Both the position numbers and the translations under genes were made by a program. A DNA stretch of 64,000 nucleotides, taken from NCBI GenBank assembly GCA_031411135.1, contig JANOAN010000007.1:4214-68213 (forward strand). Direction: 5' to 3'. Positions 11,201-20,876 of the stretch are shown piece by piece. Below the pieces are notes generated by a model. The model saw nothing but the letters and a program-made list of their open reading frames with translations, had not been told where the DNA came from and did no database searches. The stretch comes from a bacterium (GTDB lineage: Bacteria; Patescibacteriota; Minisyncoccia; Phycocordibacterales; CAIZLB01). Position 1 is the first letter of the stretch, and every line of letters begins with the position of its first letter.

Positions 11201-12455
11201 TACTATTTCAGTTGGAAACAAGCCGTATGGACTAGCCATCTCAACTTCCACTAATGAACTTTATGTTGCAAATATTGCAGACGACACTGTTTCTGTTATT
11301 AATCTTGGCACAAACACCGTTACAAACACTATTAGTGTCGGGGTAGAACCATATTATGTTGCAAGCTCAGGAAATAAAATATATGTTACTAATAATCTTT
11401 CAAACACAGTTTCTGTAATAAATACTTCTACGCATACTGTTACTAATACAATAGGAGTAAATAATGGCCCCAGGGGGCTTAGTTTACATGGTACAAATTT
11501 ATATGTCGCAAATTACGGTGCGGGTTACAATGCAAACTCTTCTTTAGGTACTGTTTCAGTCATAAACACAAATACAAACGCAGTTACAAATACAATCAAT
11601 GTCGGAGCCGGTTCCCGAGGTGTAGCTGTTTTGGGTAATGAAGTTTATGTAACAAACTACGATGATAATACAGTTTCAGTCATAAACACAAATACAAACG
11701 CAGTTACAAATACAATCAATGTAGATAGGGGTCCTAGAGGAATTAAAGCAAACGGATCGAATGTTTATGTGGAAAATTATTTAGACGGAACCATTTCTAA
11801 AATAGATCCAAGTACACACACAGTATCTAAAACTTATGAAGCCTCCAACGCTCCCGCCGGAATAACCATGGTTGGTACAAATATATATTATTCAAGATTT
11901 ACCGATGGGTTGGTTTCCATAATAAGTACTGAGGAAGACGTTGCAATTCCAGTTATTTCATCTGAATCTCCAAACTTAAGTCAACAAACAGGTGGAGGGT
12001 CTACTAGCGGAGGTGATGTTACCATCATCCATAACAATAAACTTACACCAAATAATCCACAAGTCTGTACTCCTGGATCCTCATTCAACATTTTAACCGG
12101 AGCACCATGCTCTCCAGCTTCGGGGAACTTAACTCCCCCCAAAGGAACGGTTGTCACTGGAACAGCCTTAACCTCAGCCGGAGTTCCATCAGGCTTTAGA
12201 TTTAATAAAAATTACGCAGTCAATTCAGTTAATAATGATATTTTAAATTTACAAGTTTTTCTAAACGTGGTTGGTTTTCCAGTCACAAAAACTGGGTTCG
12301 GGTCACGCGGACTTGAAAATCAAAGATTTGGTCCTGCGACACAATCTGCCCTCGCCAAATTCCAAAAAGCCAATGGTATCAAACCTGCTGTGGGATATTT
12401 AGGTCCGATTACCAGAAACTTCATTAATGTCATGTTGAAGAAGTTGGGGTTGTAG
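8208..12455 (+). CDS. Large secreted surface protein: Gly-rich region, SwmB-like domains, YVTN beta-propellers, C-terminal peptidoglycan-binding domain
   Basis: Signal peptide; GGNGG repeats; LxYD/N..L..P..DF.V repeats; YVAN/YVTN repeats; TQSALAKFQKANGI..GYLGPITR. Confidence 0.88.
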   Translation: MNNLHKKSELKLSYFVLLIIVLVFSSFFLYQSASASTNVSSCTTLSNPGEVYVLTNNISNGLGNDCLIITANNITIEGGGFTIEGNMYAIGNSITGYSLLVNNTTVDGDINGNGNSSISGSSGGSITLSNSNVTGTIYANGILGIDGSGGSEGQQGNPPQDGGSGSVGGAGGNAGNVFILASSSVYSVNATGGNGGNGGNGGSGGNFNDGEGNSGQGANGGSGGNGGNGGNGGNVYVSSNSSVSSYVLNAGTFGNGGSGGIGGTDNGIAGSAGDQGNLGTDGVVSAYIPRVSSATLISRIVTLIYDQELDINSVPSGVDFNVKVNSGSGTTTNIVSSVFITGTSTIVLTLSDLVSPSASVTIDYSPGSSPVQNLAGDDAEQLSNYPVYNNTATVLNSANISYYILTLQYNKTLNSTSTPSVSDFSVMSNGATTTINSIQISGSNILINLSAAVGATSTVTVSYTPGVNPIQDLLGNNALAFSNIGVTNNTQGLNCSYSVGTTRESAIYNDTLYKPGNGSVVVFVNSRIPTLLKTITVGGGDGYPVKTVSSNRKVYAIGTSNDKTNISVIDPVLNTVTSTIVLPYVPRHAISVGKKLYVFNNSNKMSIINTANDSLASTITIGTINTHIADAVILGDKLYIGENEGSVGIYDTSTDTEITTITGLGGSLSKLAAVGNKIYVFRDSSSAVSDTIIDGTTNATTTIPSTSGGFSYGVIGKKIYAANYGGGSGTNVVDVIDADTNSKITTIGNSTRGAYYLAVTKNKKVYVPNANTPKKITVIDSRTDSVVKTFDSGQETFYSALAFGTNVYVSALAEAGSSKTIDSRVDEYYNSCLPELSSFNSNSLDGVYTTGQNINIIANFNKVLGPGSTITIRLNTGRNVTLSTISGTSSLSGTYTVASTDLVEDLTVSSIVTASIMDSNLTGIRTVMEVPDSPDLSTDPKYNLGDLKNISVRSPRTSIQVGSNPYQMVVIGSNIYVANMGSNNISIINTNNNTASSTTISVGNKPYGLAISTSTNELYVANIADDTVSVINLGTNTVTNTISVGVEPYYVASSGNKIYVTNNLSNTVSVINTSTHTVTNTIGVNNGPRGLSLHGTNLYVANYGAGYNANSSLGTVSVINTNTNAVTNTINVGAGSRGVAVLGNEVYVTNYDDNTVSVINTNTNAVTNTINVDRGPRGIKANGSNVYVENYLDGTISKIDPSTHTVSKTYEASNAPAGITMVGTNIYYSRFTDGLVSIISTEEDVAIPVISSESPNLSQQTGGGSTSGGDVTIIHNNKLTPNNPQVCTPGSSFNILTGAPCSPASGNLTPPKGTVVTGTALTSAGVPSGFRFNKNYAVNSVNNDILNLQVFLNVVGFPVTKTGFGSRGLENQRFGPATQSALAKFQKANGIKPAVGYLGPITRNFINVMLKKLGL
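11553..11722 (+). repeat. Exact 50-bp direct repeat, 120 bp apart, within YVTN repeats
   Basis: GTTTCAGTCATAAACACAAATACAAACGCAGTTACAAATACAATCAATGT at 11553 and 11673. Confidence 0.9.
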
Positions 12456-12486
12456 GGGATCTTTGCTACAATAAAAGTCATATTCT

Positions 12487-14748
12487 ATGCAGCTAAAAAG
12501 CCTCGAAATTAACGGTTTTAAGTCCTTCGCCAAGAAGGGTAATTTGGTTTTTAATTCTTCGATTACATCGATTGTAGGGCCTAATGGGTCGGGTAAATCA
12601 AACGTTGCCGAGTCTTTCAGATTCGTATTGGGTGAGCAGTCCATCAAATCAATGCGAGGGAAAAAAGGTGAAGATCTAATCTTTAATGGTGGTAAGGATA
12701 CCCCTCGTGCAGGTCGCGCCAGTGTGAAATTGGTTTTCGACAACAAGAGTAAGCTTTTCAAAATGGATTTCGATGAGATCTCATTAGAGCGAGTGGTGCA
12801 TCGCGATGGTGTAAATGAGTATTTTATAAACGGTTCTCAGGTACGTTTGAAAGACGTGGCTGAAATGTTGGCACATGCAAATATTGGCTCCTCTGGGCAT
12901 CACATTATTTCACAAGGTGAGGCAGATAGATTGTTGTCATCAAATCCAGAAGAGCGACGAGAGATGATTGAGGATGCTCTTGGATTAAAAGTCTATCAAT
13001 ACAAAAAAGAAGAGAGCGAGAAAAAGCTTGAAAAAACCGCACAACATATAAAAGAGGTTGAATCACTCCGACGTGAAATTGCCCCGCATATTAGATTCCT
13101 GAAAAAACAGGTTGAAAAGATCGAGAAAGCGGCGGCACTTCGAGCAGAATTGTCCGTGCAGTACCGAGAATATTTTGCTCGTGAAGAAGCCTATTTGAAA
13201 AAGGAAAAGAAACGACTTACCGATGCAGCTATTGAGCCCAGACATGAACTTGAAAAAATTGAAATTGAATTAACTCATCATAAAAAGGTACTAGATGAAA
13301 TGTCTAAAGGTGACAATAACCACACTCATTTGTTGGAATTGGAAAAGTTAATTACAACTACACGCCATAAAAAGGATGTGTTAATGCGTGATATTGGACG
13401 TTTAGAAGGCGAGATGTCTTATATTAAAAAAACTATTGAAAGCAAAATCAAAGAGGCAGAAAAAGAAAATTCAACCCATAAAATGATTTCGCTTTTACAT
13501 ATTGAATCACTTGCAAAGGATGTAAACGAGCACCTCCATGTTGTTTTACATTCTGATAATTTAGAAACAATTAAAAATTCCGCTGCAGAGATTAAACGAT
13601 TGGTTGCTGATTTTATTCATCATCATAAAAACGAGGGAGAAGCTCCGGTTGTATCAACACAATCTGACGAAGAAGATTTGCTAAAAGTCACTTCAAAAAT
13701 TTCTGAAATTGAGGATAATCTAAAAAATATCAGTACAGAAGAAAAAAAACATGAGTCAAAATACCAAGAATTAAAGTCCAAAATCGACAGAGATAAAGAG
13801 AACAATGTCGAATCCGAAAAGGCCATTTTACGCATTATGTCGCGTCAGAACGAGCTTCACGGTCTACTTCACTCTATAAAGGCAGAAAATGACCGTTTAG
13901 GCCTAGAACAGGTTGATTATGATAGGGAACTGGCTGAGGCAGGAATGCTCATAGGACGTGAAGCTATCGCGTTTTACGAGGAGGATATTGCCGCCCACGC
14001 GAATAGTGAAGAAGCTCGTTCCTTCCAGGTTGAAAGGAGAAGGGCTATCGAAAAATCAAAAATCCGCCTAGAAGAAATGGGAGGTGCCGGTGGACAAGAA
14101 GTGATGAAGGAATATAAGGATGCCGAAGACCGTGATCAATTTTTAATGAAAGAATTGGGTGATTTGATGCAGTCGTCGGAAACTTTAAATACGTTAATTG
14201 CAGATCTGACTGAAAAATTAAACGAAATGTTCAAGGACGGTATTAAAAAAATAAATACTGAATTTGATCGATTTTTTAAGTTGATGTTCGGAGGAGGGGA
14301 GGCACGTTTGGAAATTATTAAGGAAGTGAAGAAAAAGCGAAAGAAATCAGAAGATGATTTTGAGGTCGAAATGGCAGAAGAGGAAGAAGTTTCGGAAGGA
14401 ATTGATATTCAAGTCGCACTTCCACATAAGCGCACGAAGGGGCTCATGATGCTTTCGGGTGGGGAAAGGGCACTGACATCTATCGCACTACTTTTTGCAA
14501 TGTCACAAGTAAACCCACCACCATTTATTATATTAGATGAAACAGATGCAGCGCTTGATGAAGCGAACTCAAGAAAATATGGGGATATGATTGAAGCACT
14601 TTCAAAGCATTCGCAGTTGATTTTGATTACACACAACAGAGAGACAATGTCACGAGCGGGAGTGATTTATGGAGTGACAATGGCTGGAGAGGGACATTCA
14701 AAGCTACTTTCAATTGCGTTTGATGAGGCGGTGGTGGTGGCGAAGTAG
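12487..14748 (+). CDS. smc: SMC-family ATPase, short form
   Basis: GFKSF, GPNGSGKSN, LSGGE, ILDETDAALD, ITH. Confidence 0.9.
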   Translation: MQLKSLEINGFKSFAKKGNLVFNSSITSIVGPNGSGKSNVAESFRFVLGEQSIKSMRGKKGEDLIFNGGKDTPRAGRASVKLVFDNKSKLFKMDFDEISLERVVHRDGVNEYFINGSQVRLKDVAEMLAHANIGSSGHHIISQGEADRLLSSNPEERREMIEDALGLKVYQYKKEESEKKLEKTAQHIKEVESLRREIAPHIRFLKKQVEKIEKAAALRAELSVQYREYFAREEAYLKKEKKRLTDAAIEPRHELEKIEIELTHHKKVLDEMSKGDNNHTHLLELEKLITTTRHKKDVLMRDIGRLEGEMSYIKKTIESKIKEAEKENSTHKMISLLHIESLAKDVNEHLHVVLHSDNLETIKNSAAEIKRLVADFIHHHKNEGEAPVVSTQSDEEDLLKVTSKISEIEDNLKNISTEEKKHESKYQELKSKIDRDKENNVESEKAILRIMSRQNELHGLLHSIKAENDRLGLEQVDYDRELAEAGMLIGREAIAFYEEDIAAHANSEEARSFQVERRRAIEKSKIRLEEMGGAGGQEVMKEYKDAEDRDQFLMKELGDLMQSSETLNTLIADLTEKLNEMFKDGIKKINTEFDRFFKLMFGGGEARLEIIKEVKKKRKKSEDDFEVEMAEEEEVSEGIDIQVALPHKRTKGLMMLSGGERALTSIALLFAMSQVNPPPFIILDETDAALDEANSRKYGDMIEALSKHSQLILITHNRETMSRAGVIYGVTMAGEGHSKLLSIAFDEAVVVAK

Positions 14749-14749
14749 G

Positions 14750-14983
14750 TTAAGTTTGAGATAGAGAATCTATTACAACTTCATCCACGACATCATATGA
14801 GTAAATTTCTTTTTTATTTCCAAGTTTATCTTTGACGACAACATGGGAACTTTTTGTGGGCTCGTTTTCAACGATTTCGAATTCCTCACCATTGGTATAA
14901 AAAATAGTACCAGGTCGTAATAGGCCAACTTGAGTTTGTCTCGTTTCAATATTTTGTTGTTTCGCTTTTTCTAGATCGTTCAT
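14750..14983 (-). CDS. Small hypothetical protein
   Basis: 77-aa ORF with ATG, converging on smc. Confidence 0.6.
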   Translation of the reverse strand: MNDLEKAKQQNIETRQTQVGLLRPGTIFYTNGEEFEIVENEPTKSSHVVVKDKLGNKKEIYSYDVVDEVVIDSLSQT

Positions 14984-15038
14984 ATGTTGCTTAAAATTAT
15001 ACTATATCTTGTTTCAAAAATGAAAGTACAGAACAAAT

Positions 15039-15413
15039 AAAAAAACACCCCGCAATGCTACTAAGCAATTGCGAGGTGACTCTTTGCGGCGGTACGCTAA
15101 CGGTGGTTTTTTTCCACACGGTTTTATGTTTTTTCCTGGTTTTCTCCAGGGTCTCCATTGAATGAGTCGGGTCGTTTTTGTTGCCTCGTGGCAAGCCCAC
15201 GTAAAGACAAAGTGAGGGGACCCCTCTAACCTTTGTCTATCCAGATGATTCCCAACGCTTTTTGCTCCGCCAGTCTAAGCTACTTACTACCCTTTGTTTT
15301 TATTACATGAGGGCAATAGTTGTTCTCGGACCTTTAAGGCTACTAAGCGCCAGAAACCTCTCAGTTTCGTGGATTCTTCTTCTCCTTTCTTGTTCGGGGT
15401 TTAATGTACTAAG
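15039..15413 (-). ncRNA. Candidate structured non-coding or small-peptide transcript
   Basis: TTGACA-17-TAGTAT promoter (15447-15419), several hairpins, terminator 15078-15039, no convincing ORF. Confidence 0.4.
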
Positions 15414-15479
15414 AACATATACTAACATGACTATATATTTCTGTCAAGCGCCCTAAAAATCCTTATAAAATAAGCCATT

Positions 15480-15767
15480 TTACCCAAACAAATACGAATG
15501 ACTCCCAATATCCGCCAAGAGGAGAATAAGCAAATCTTTTTCAATCTTATATATCAAAAGTAAGTCACTTTGCACGTGACATTCCCTGAATCCATCGTAA
15601 TCTCCGTGTAAAGAATGATCTTTGTATCGTGGTTCCAATTTTTGCCCTGAGGAAAGAGTATTGATTACTTTTTCTAGATTTTCAAATACCGCGGGTTTAA
15701 TCCTTCCTGCGAGTTCTAATCTCTTTAATGACTTTTCGTAATTTTTTGTTTTTCTCTGGAGGAACAT
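15480..15767 (-). CDS. YafQ-family mRNA interferase toxin
   Basis: KDHSLHG..GFRECHVQSDLLLIY...IGSHSYLF. Confidence 0.93.
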   Translation of the reverse strand: MFLQRKTKNYEKSLKRLELAGRIKPAVFENLEKVINTLSSGQKLEPRYKDHSLHGDYDGFRECHVQSDLLLIYKIEKDLLILLLADIGSHSYLFG

Positions 15768-16029
15768 TTTCTGGATCTAATATATCAGCCATTAATTCTC
15801 TTGCATTTGTATAGGATTTCCCATACTTTAGCGCCCACGCAACTTCCTTGTCCCACTCTGCTCTGATTTGTTTTGGAGTTCTTTTTGGTGTGAATGGAAG
15901 ACCTTTCTCCACAATCACCTGAGAGAGAAAAGTCTTTACCGCAGAGGTCATATCAAGACCGATCTCCGCCAATATCTTTGCAGAATCAGTTTTTAATTTT
16001 TCGTCTATACGAATGTTTAGAGTTGTCAT
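15697..16029 (-). CDS. RelB/DinJ-family antitoxin
   Basis: LNIRIDEKLK...GLDMTSAVKTFL...GLPF; TGTACATACA operator-like site upstream. Confidence 0.92.
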   Translation of the reverse strand: MTTLNIRIDEKLKTDSAKILAEIGLDMTSAVKTFLSQVIVEKGLPFTPKRTPKQIRAEWDKEVAWALKYGKSYTNARELMADILDPENVPPEKNKKLRKVIKEIRTRRKD

Positions 16030-16070
16030 ATATCAAGTATAGACAATGTACATACAATGTCAATACACCA

Positions 16071-16733
16071 TTATTCAACAATATACCCACGCCCAGGCAC
16101 TGTTCTAATCAAAGTATTCCTTCCACCATCTAATTTTTTCCTCAAATTTCTAACATGCGCTTCAATTGTATTTGAAAAAGGATTGGTATCATTTTCCCAA
16201 ACGCTTTCATTTATATACCCACGACTGACTACGCGTCCTCGATTTCTAGCAAAGCATTCTAAAAGCATAAATTCTTTTCTAGTTAAATAAACCCTTCTTC
16301 CTTTTCGGGAAACACTTTGTCTTGTTGAGTCTATATCAATATCGTCTATTGCAAGTGTTGTAGAATTAAAAATTTGTGGCCTGCGGGTGATTGCTCGAAT
16401 TCTCGCTAGAAGTTCACTAAATGAAAAAGGTTTTTGTAAGTAGTCATCTGCGCCGGCCTCAAGTAATGCCACCTTTTCAGGTATTTTGTCGCATACGGAA
16501 ATCATTATAATAGGTGCATTTCTGTTTGCGTGTCGTATTTCTTTGCACACCTCTAAGCCGTTCCTCCGCGGAAGCATGTAATCCATTACTATTAAATCGT
16601 AATAGTTTGTTCGAGCCATGTATGATGCGTCTTCTCCATTATTAACGCAGTCCACGGTAAAAAGCTCGCTTTCTAAATTTTCCCGTAAAGTTTCTCTGAT
16701 ATCATGATTGTCTTCTACCAATAAAATTTTCAT
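16071..16733 (-). CDS. OmpR/PhoB-family response regulator
   Basis: ILLVED, MDYMLP, GADDYLQKPF, winged helix IRTVPGRGY. Confidence 0.95.
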   Translation of the reverse strand: MKILLVEDNHDIRETLRENLESELFTVDCVNNGEDASYMARTNYYDLIVMDYMLPRRNGLEVCKEIRHANRNAPIIMISVCDKIPEKVALLEAGADDYLQKPFSFSELLARIRAITRRPQIFNSTTLAIDDIDIDSTRQSVSRKGRRVYLTRKEFMLLECFARNRGRVVSRGYINESVWENDTNPFSNTIEAHVRNLRKKLDGGRNTLIRTVPGRGYIVE

Positions 16734-16819
16734 GTATTTTGTAATGTTATTATATTAAATAAGCCCATCTTTACAAGATCGGCTTAAATAAATATGAAGA
16801 AATAGTGTTTTATCCCCAA

Positions 16820-17314
16820 TTACAGACTTTTCACTCGAAGCTTGGTCTGTCGCTCTTTGTCTACCTTCGGAAGCTTGACGGTTAGTAGTCCTTGGTTCTC
16901 TAAAGCCTCGGCACGTTCAATATCTACCTCGTGTGGCAATACAATACTGCGTGAAAATGACCCCCAATATAGTTCCTTGTGGAAATAATCCTGATCTGAA
17001 ACCTCAGTCTCTTCTTTTCGACTGCCTTTAATGGTTAGAATGTCTCGTGAGAGGGAAATTTCAACGTCTTCGCGTTTTACACCTGGAATCATAGTTCGAA
17101 CAATGACATGAGAAGCTGTTTGATACACATCCAGTGCCAATTCTCCTTCGCCAGCTTGTTCTTCGAGCCATGTAGATGATACGCCGCTACTGCCACTTTG
17201 TTTTGTTAAATGGGTTTTTCCGTTTTTGTGTTCGTGGTCATCAATCTCTTCCGTTTCATCTTCAAGAATGACACTGCCTGTTAATCTTTCAAATAATGAT
17301 CTTTTCTTTTTCAT
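16820..17314 (-). CDS. Hsp20/alpha-crystallin small heat-shock protein
   Basis: LDVYQT..IPGV..ELYWGSFSRSIVLP..GLLTVKLPK. Confidence 0.93.
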   Translation of the reverse strand: MKKKRSLFERLTGSVILEDETEEIDDHEHKNGKTHLTKQSGSSGVSSTWLEEQAGEGELALDVYQTASHVIVRTMIPGVKREDVEISLSRDILTIKGSRKEETEVSDQDYFHKELYWGSFSRSIVLPHEVDIERAEALENQGLLTVKLPKVDKERQTKLRVKSL

Positions 17315-17320
17315 GCTTTT

Positions 17321-18055
17321 TTAGAAGTTTTTAATCTTTTTCACGCGTTCGAGACTTATCGTTAAAAGAATGACCAAAACCCAGACTGATAAGAACACTG
17401 GAAGCGTATTTTCTTTGTCGTTGTTTATTATAAAAAAATTAAACATAGAATGCAAGACGACAGCGATGACTAAACCTGCGCAGAGAGCTAGGAATTTTTT
17501 CGTCTTTGAAGAATAAAATGCTAACCCAATGCAAAGTGCAATAGCACCTGAGGCGATAAAGTGGAGGAGGGATGCTCCCATAAATCGCATGGCTGCCGCA
17601 TTAATTGCATTAACTGTGTCTCCCCGAAGAAGTGGACCTAGTAGTAGTATAGTGTTCTCCATCGCCGAAAATCCAAGAGATGCGGTTGTTATATAAATAA
17701 AGGCATCAATTGGGTGGACGAAGGAAACGTGTTTGAATGCGGTAAATCGTGCGGCGAGGTACTTTGTAAGTTCTTCCCAGAAAGACCAAATAGTGACGGC
17801 GACAATAGATGCAGAAGTAAAAGTGGGAACGAAAAACTTTCCAACATAAATTGTTAGTTGTTGAAGTGGAAAGACCACGAATACTCCTGCCATACCAATC
17901 ATGAAAGTTAAAATAATTAAACTACGCGGTTCATGGTGATCGTTTTCTTCGTGCATCCAAAACCAGAGCCATAAGAGTGCTGGAAGAATCCCACCCATAA
18001 GGGCGTAGAGAAAGACGTTAAGATTTAATGCGCAGATTATGCTTGTACAGGCCAT
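17321..18055 (-). CDS. PrsW-family intramembrane protease
   Basis: EP, EELTK, GFSAMEN, H..H motifs; start uncertain. Confidence 0.88.
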   Translation of the reverse strand: MACTSIICALNLNVFLYALMGGILPALLWLWFWMHEENDHHEPRSLIILTFMIGMAGVFVVFPLQQLTIYVGKFFVPTFTSASIVAVTIWSFWEELTKYLAARFTAFKHVSFVHPIDAFIYITTASLGFSAMENTILLLGPLLRGDTVNAINAAAMRFMGASLLHFIASGAIALCIGLAFYSSKTKKFLALCAGLVIAVVLHSMFNFFIINNDKENTLPVFLSVWVLVILLTISLERVKKIKNF

Positions 18056-20163
18056 TTTTGAACGATAAGCATATTATCGTCTATTTTGACTGATTTAGGA
18101 AGGAGCGACCAGAGTTCTTCAGTGATAAATGGCATGAAGGGGTGGAGGACGGTGATGGAGTCTTTTAGTAGGAGGGCGAGGAGTGCTTGTCGGGAAGTTT
18201 TGTTATCTCCAGTAAGAATAGTTTTACTTTCCTCGATAATTATGTCAGCAATTGTATGCCAAATATAGTGATAAATTTTTTCTGAAGCGAGGTGGTAGCG
18301 GTATTCTTGGAGGTCAGAGGTTACATCTTTCAAAAAGAGAGTGTGATCTTCGAGGATTTTTTTATCTTCCTCAGTTTCAATTTTTCCTCCTGTATAGTCT
18401 TCAAGTACTCCTAAAATAAATCTAGTTACGTTCCAGATTTTGTTTGCAAACTTTTTATAAGCTAAAATTTTTGGCTCGGCAACAGGAAAGTCACTGCCTG
18501 GGGTGTTTCCTACGGCAAGGCTCATGCGAAGCGCATCCGCTCCATATGTGTCAGAAAGTTTTATAGGACTTAATCCATTTCCTTTGCTCTTCGACATTTT
18601 CTGACCCTTGGCGTCATTTGCAAGACCGTGAAGGTAGACAGTTTTGAAAGGCACTTCACCTTTTAAATATAATGAGAAAATAACCATACGTGGAATCCAT
18701 TTAAAGATAAGATCTCGACCCGTTTCCATAACGGTTGTAGGATGATAAGTTTTAAAATCCTTACCATTAGGATAATCAAGTGCAATTAATGGCCACTGAC
18801 CAGACGAGAACCAGGTATCAAAAGTGTCAGTATCGTCTTTAAGTTCGCTACTACAATCCGGACACTTTGTTGACGCGTCAGTATCCAGAAATCCCTTATT
18901 ACAATTCGTACACACCTTGGCTGGAATTGGAATTCCCCAAACTATTTGGCGAGAAATGTTCCAATCGAAAGTATTTTCCATCCAATAAGTAAATATTTTT
19001 TCGTAGTTGTCAGGGATGAATGTAATCTCTTTATTTTTGACTGCTTGGATGGCTTTCTCGGCAAGAGGCTTCATCTTTACGAACCACTGGTCTTTTATCT
19101 GAGGTTCAATTTGAGTTCCACATTTGTAACAACACTTTACATTGTGAATATATTTTTCATCAGTTTTTACTAGAAGTCCTTTTTCTTTAAGTTTTTCAAC
19201 AATTAGCAGGCGGGCCTTTTTAATGTGAATTCCAGCGAATTCATTTGCGATTGGTAAAAGCTTTCCATTAAAATCGATAACCTGTTCAGCTTCTAATTTA
19301 TGACGCTGTGCAATTTCAAAGTCGACCGCATCGTGCCACGGTGTGATGGTCATTACTCCTGTTCCAAATTCCATATCGATAGAATTGTCTTTGATTAAAG
19401 TTGCAGTAATTTTTCCATTGATCCATTCAACATCGAAAGTCTGACCGTCTTTGTATTCAGTGTAACGCTTATCATCTGGATGAACCACGATATATTTATC
19501 ACCAAATTTCGTTTCAGGTCGTGAAGTTCCAATTACAAATGGCCCATATTGGAAATAATAAAATGGGTCTACTTGTTCTTTGAATTCTGTTTCTACGTCC
19601 GAAAGGGAAGTCTGATGACGTGAACACCAGTTGATAATTCTTTTTCCTCTGTAAACTAGACCATCCTTGTGCATTTTTCTGAAAGTGTCTTGTACAACAG
19701 AAATAACTTCCGGATCCAAAGTAAATTTTTCGCGAGACCAATCACAAGATCCGCCGAGTCGCCGTACGTCATCTTCCATGTGCTTTTTATTTTGAATCGT
19801 GAAATCGTAAATCTGTTTGTACAGTTCTTTTGATTCAATATCAAAGCGAGTTTTACCTTGCTTCTCTAATTCTTTTTCGTACATGATTTGAGTTTCAAAT
19901 CCAGCATGGTCGGCACCTGGCACCCAAAGAGCACGCTTGCCCTGCATTCTGGCAAAACGAATCATTACGTCCTCTAATGTCACGAACATGGCGTGTCCAG
20001 CATGAAGACGACCGTTCGCGTTTGGTGGTGGCATAATGATGGTGTAAGGCTCTCCTTCAGGTAGGTTATCAGGGTTGAAAAAACCACTCTCTTCCCAGAG
20101 CTTGTAGATACGAGGTTCGGTCTCGTTGGGGTCGTATGGTTTGAGAAGTTTTTCAGGAATCAT
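18037..20163 (-). CDS. valS: Valine--tRNA ligase
   Basis: PPPNANGRLHAGHA, WNISRQIVWG, DTFDTWFSS, KMSKS. Confidence 0.97.
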   Translation of the reverse strand: MIPEKLLKPYDPNETEPRIYKLWEESGFFNPDNLPEGEPYTIIMPPPNANGRLHAGHAMFVTLEDVMIRFARMQGKRALWVPGADHAGFETQIMYEKELEKQGKTRFDIESKELYKQIYDFTIQNKKHMEDDVRRLGGSCDWSREKFTLDPEVISVVQDTFRKMHKDGLVYRGKRIINWCSRHQTSLSDVETEFKEQVDPFYYFQYGPFVIGTSRPETKFGDKYIVVHPDDKRYTEYKDGQTFDVEWINGKITATLIKDNSIDMEFGTGVMTITPWHDAVDFEIAQRHKLEAEQVIDFNGKLLPIANEFAGIHIKKARLLIVEKLKEKGLLVKTDEKYIHNVKCCYKCGTQIEPQIKDQWFVKMKPLAEKAIQAVKNKEITFIPDNYEKIFTYWMENTFDWNISRQIVWGIPIPAKVCTNCNKGFLDTDASTKCPDCSSELKDDTDTFDTWFSSGQWPLIALDYPNGKDFKTYHPTTVMETGRDLIFKWIPRMVIFSLYLKGEVPFKTVYLHGLANDAKGQKMSKSKGNGLSPIKLSDTYGADALRMSLAVGNTPGSDFPVAEPKILAYKKFANKIWNVTRFILGVLEDYTGGKIETEEDKKILEDHTLFLKDVTSDLQEYRYHLASEKIYHYIWHTIADIIIEESKTILTGDNKTSRQALLALLLKDSITVLHPFMPFITEELWSLLPKSVKIDDNMLIVQKWPVQA

Positions 20164-20365
20164 GGGGTAAATAGTAGCAATTATAAGGATAAATTTCCAC
20201 TAAATGAGGCTTATTTTTAGGGGTGGATTGCTATTGACAATTTGCTATATTATGCTTTAATTTAATAAATCAAGTTCTTTGAATTAGTTGAGTGTGGAAA
20301 GAGGTTCGAAAGCTTGCTGCCATTCCGGCAAATGGTTTTCGACTCACAACTACACTCAACAATCC

Positions 20366-20800
20366 ATGAAACTCTATATTCGCAATACCTCTAATCCGCT
20401 GCTTCCCACGGCAATCCAGACTGTGAAGGAAAACGCTAGAAAAGCCGCCAACCACTTCGGATTTAAAGGGCAAGTGGTCAGCACGTGGTCTGCTGTTCTT
20501 TACGATCGTCGTGGAGCAGCAGGCGCGATCCTGGGAGAAACACTAGAAGATGGCCTCCTCGAAGCTATCATATACCTTGGCGAAACCGCTCTTCTTTGTC
20601 CACCTTATGAAGACAAGGACTCCGATGGGTTGTTCTCTCAGTCGCAGTGGGAGCACACAGCGGAACACCTCATTGGCTTCATCAAGTTGGTATTTGCGAA
20701 GGATGGCAGTGTCACTATTACCGCCTTCAAAACTGCCACTAAGGGACTTTTCACCTCGCCGACGCCAGACCAAGAGCTCCAGGTGGCACTCAACCCCTAA
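20366..20800 (+). CDS. Hypothetical protein
   Basis: ORF with upstream TTGACA promoter and downstream hairpin; ATG at 20366 preferred. Confidence 0.65.
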   Translation: MKLYIRNTSNPLLPTAIQTVKENARKAANHFGFKGQVVSTWSAVLYDRRGAAGAILGETLEDGLLEAIIYLGETALLCPPYEDKDSDGLFSQSQWEHTAEHLIGFIKLVFAKDGSVTITAFKTATKGLFTSPTPDQELQVALNP

Positions 20801-20876
20801 GCGGGCGGAAATAACCCGGTGACAGTCCTTAGTCACTATTGAGCGCACGACCTTCGCAGGTTGTGCGCTCTTTCTT

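Noticed and set aside
16071-16733. Orphan response regulator as a novelty
   Set aside because: The phospho-acceptor Asp is intact and a kinase may lie elsewhere; this situation is common.
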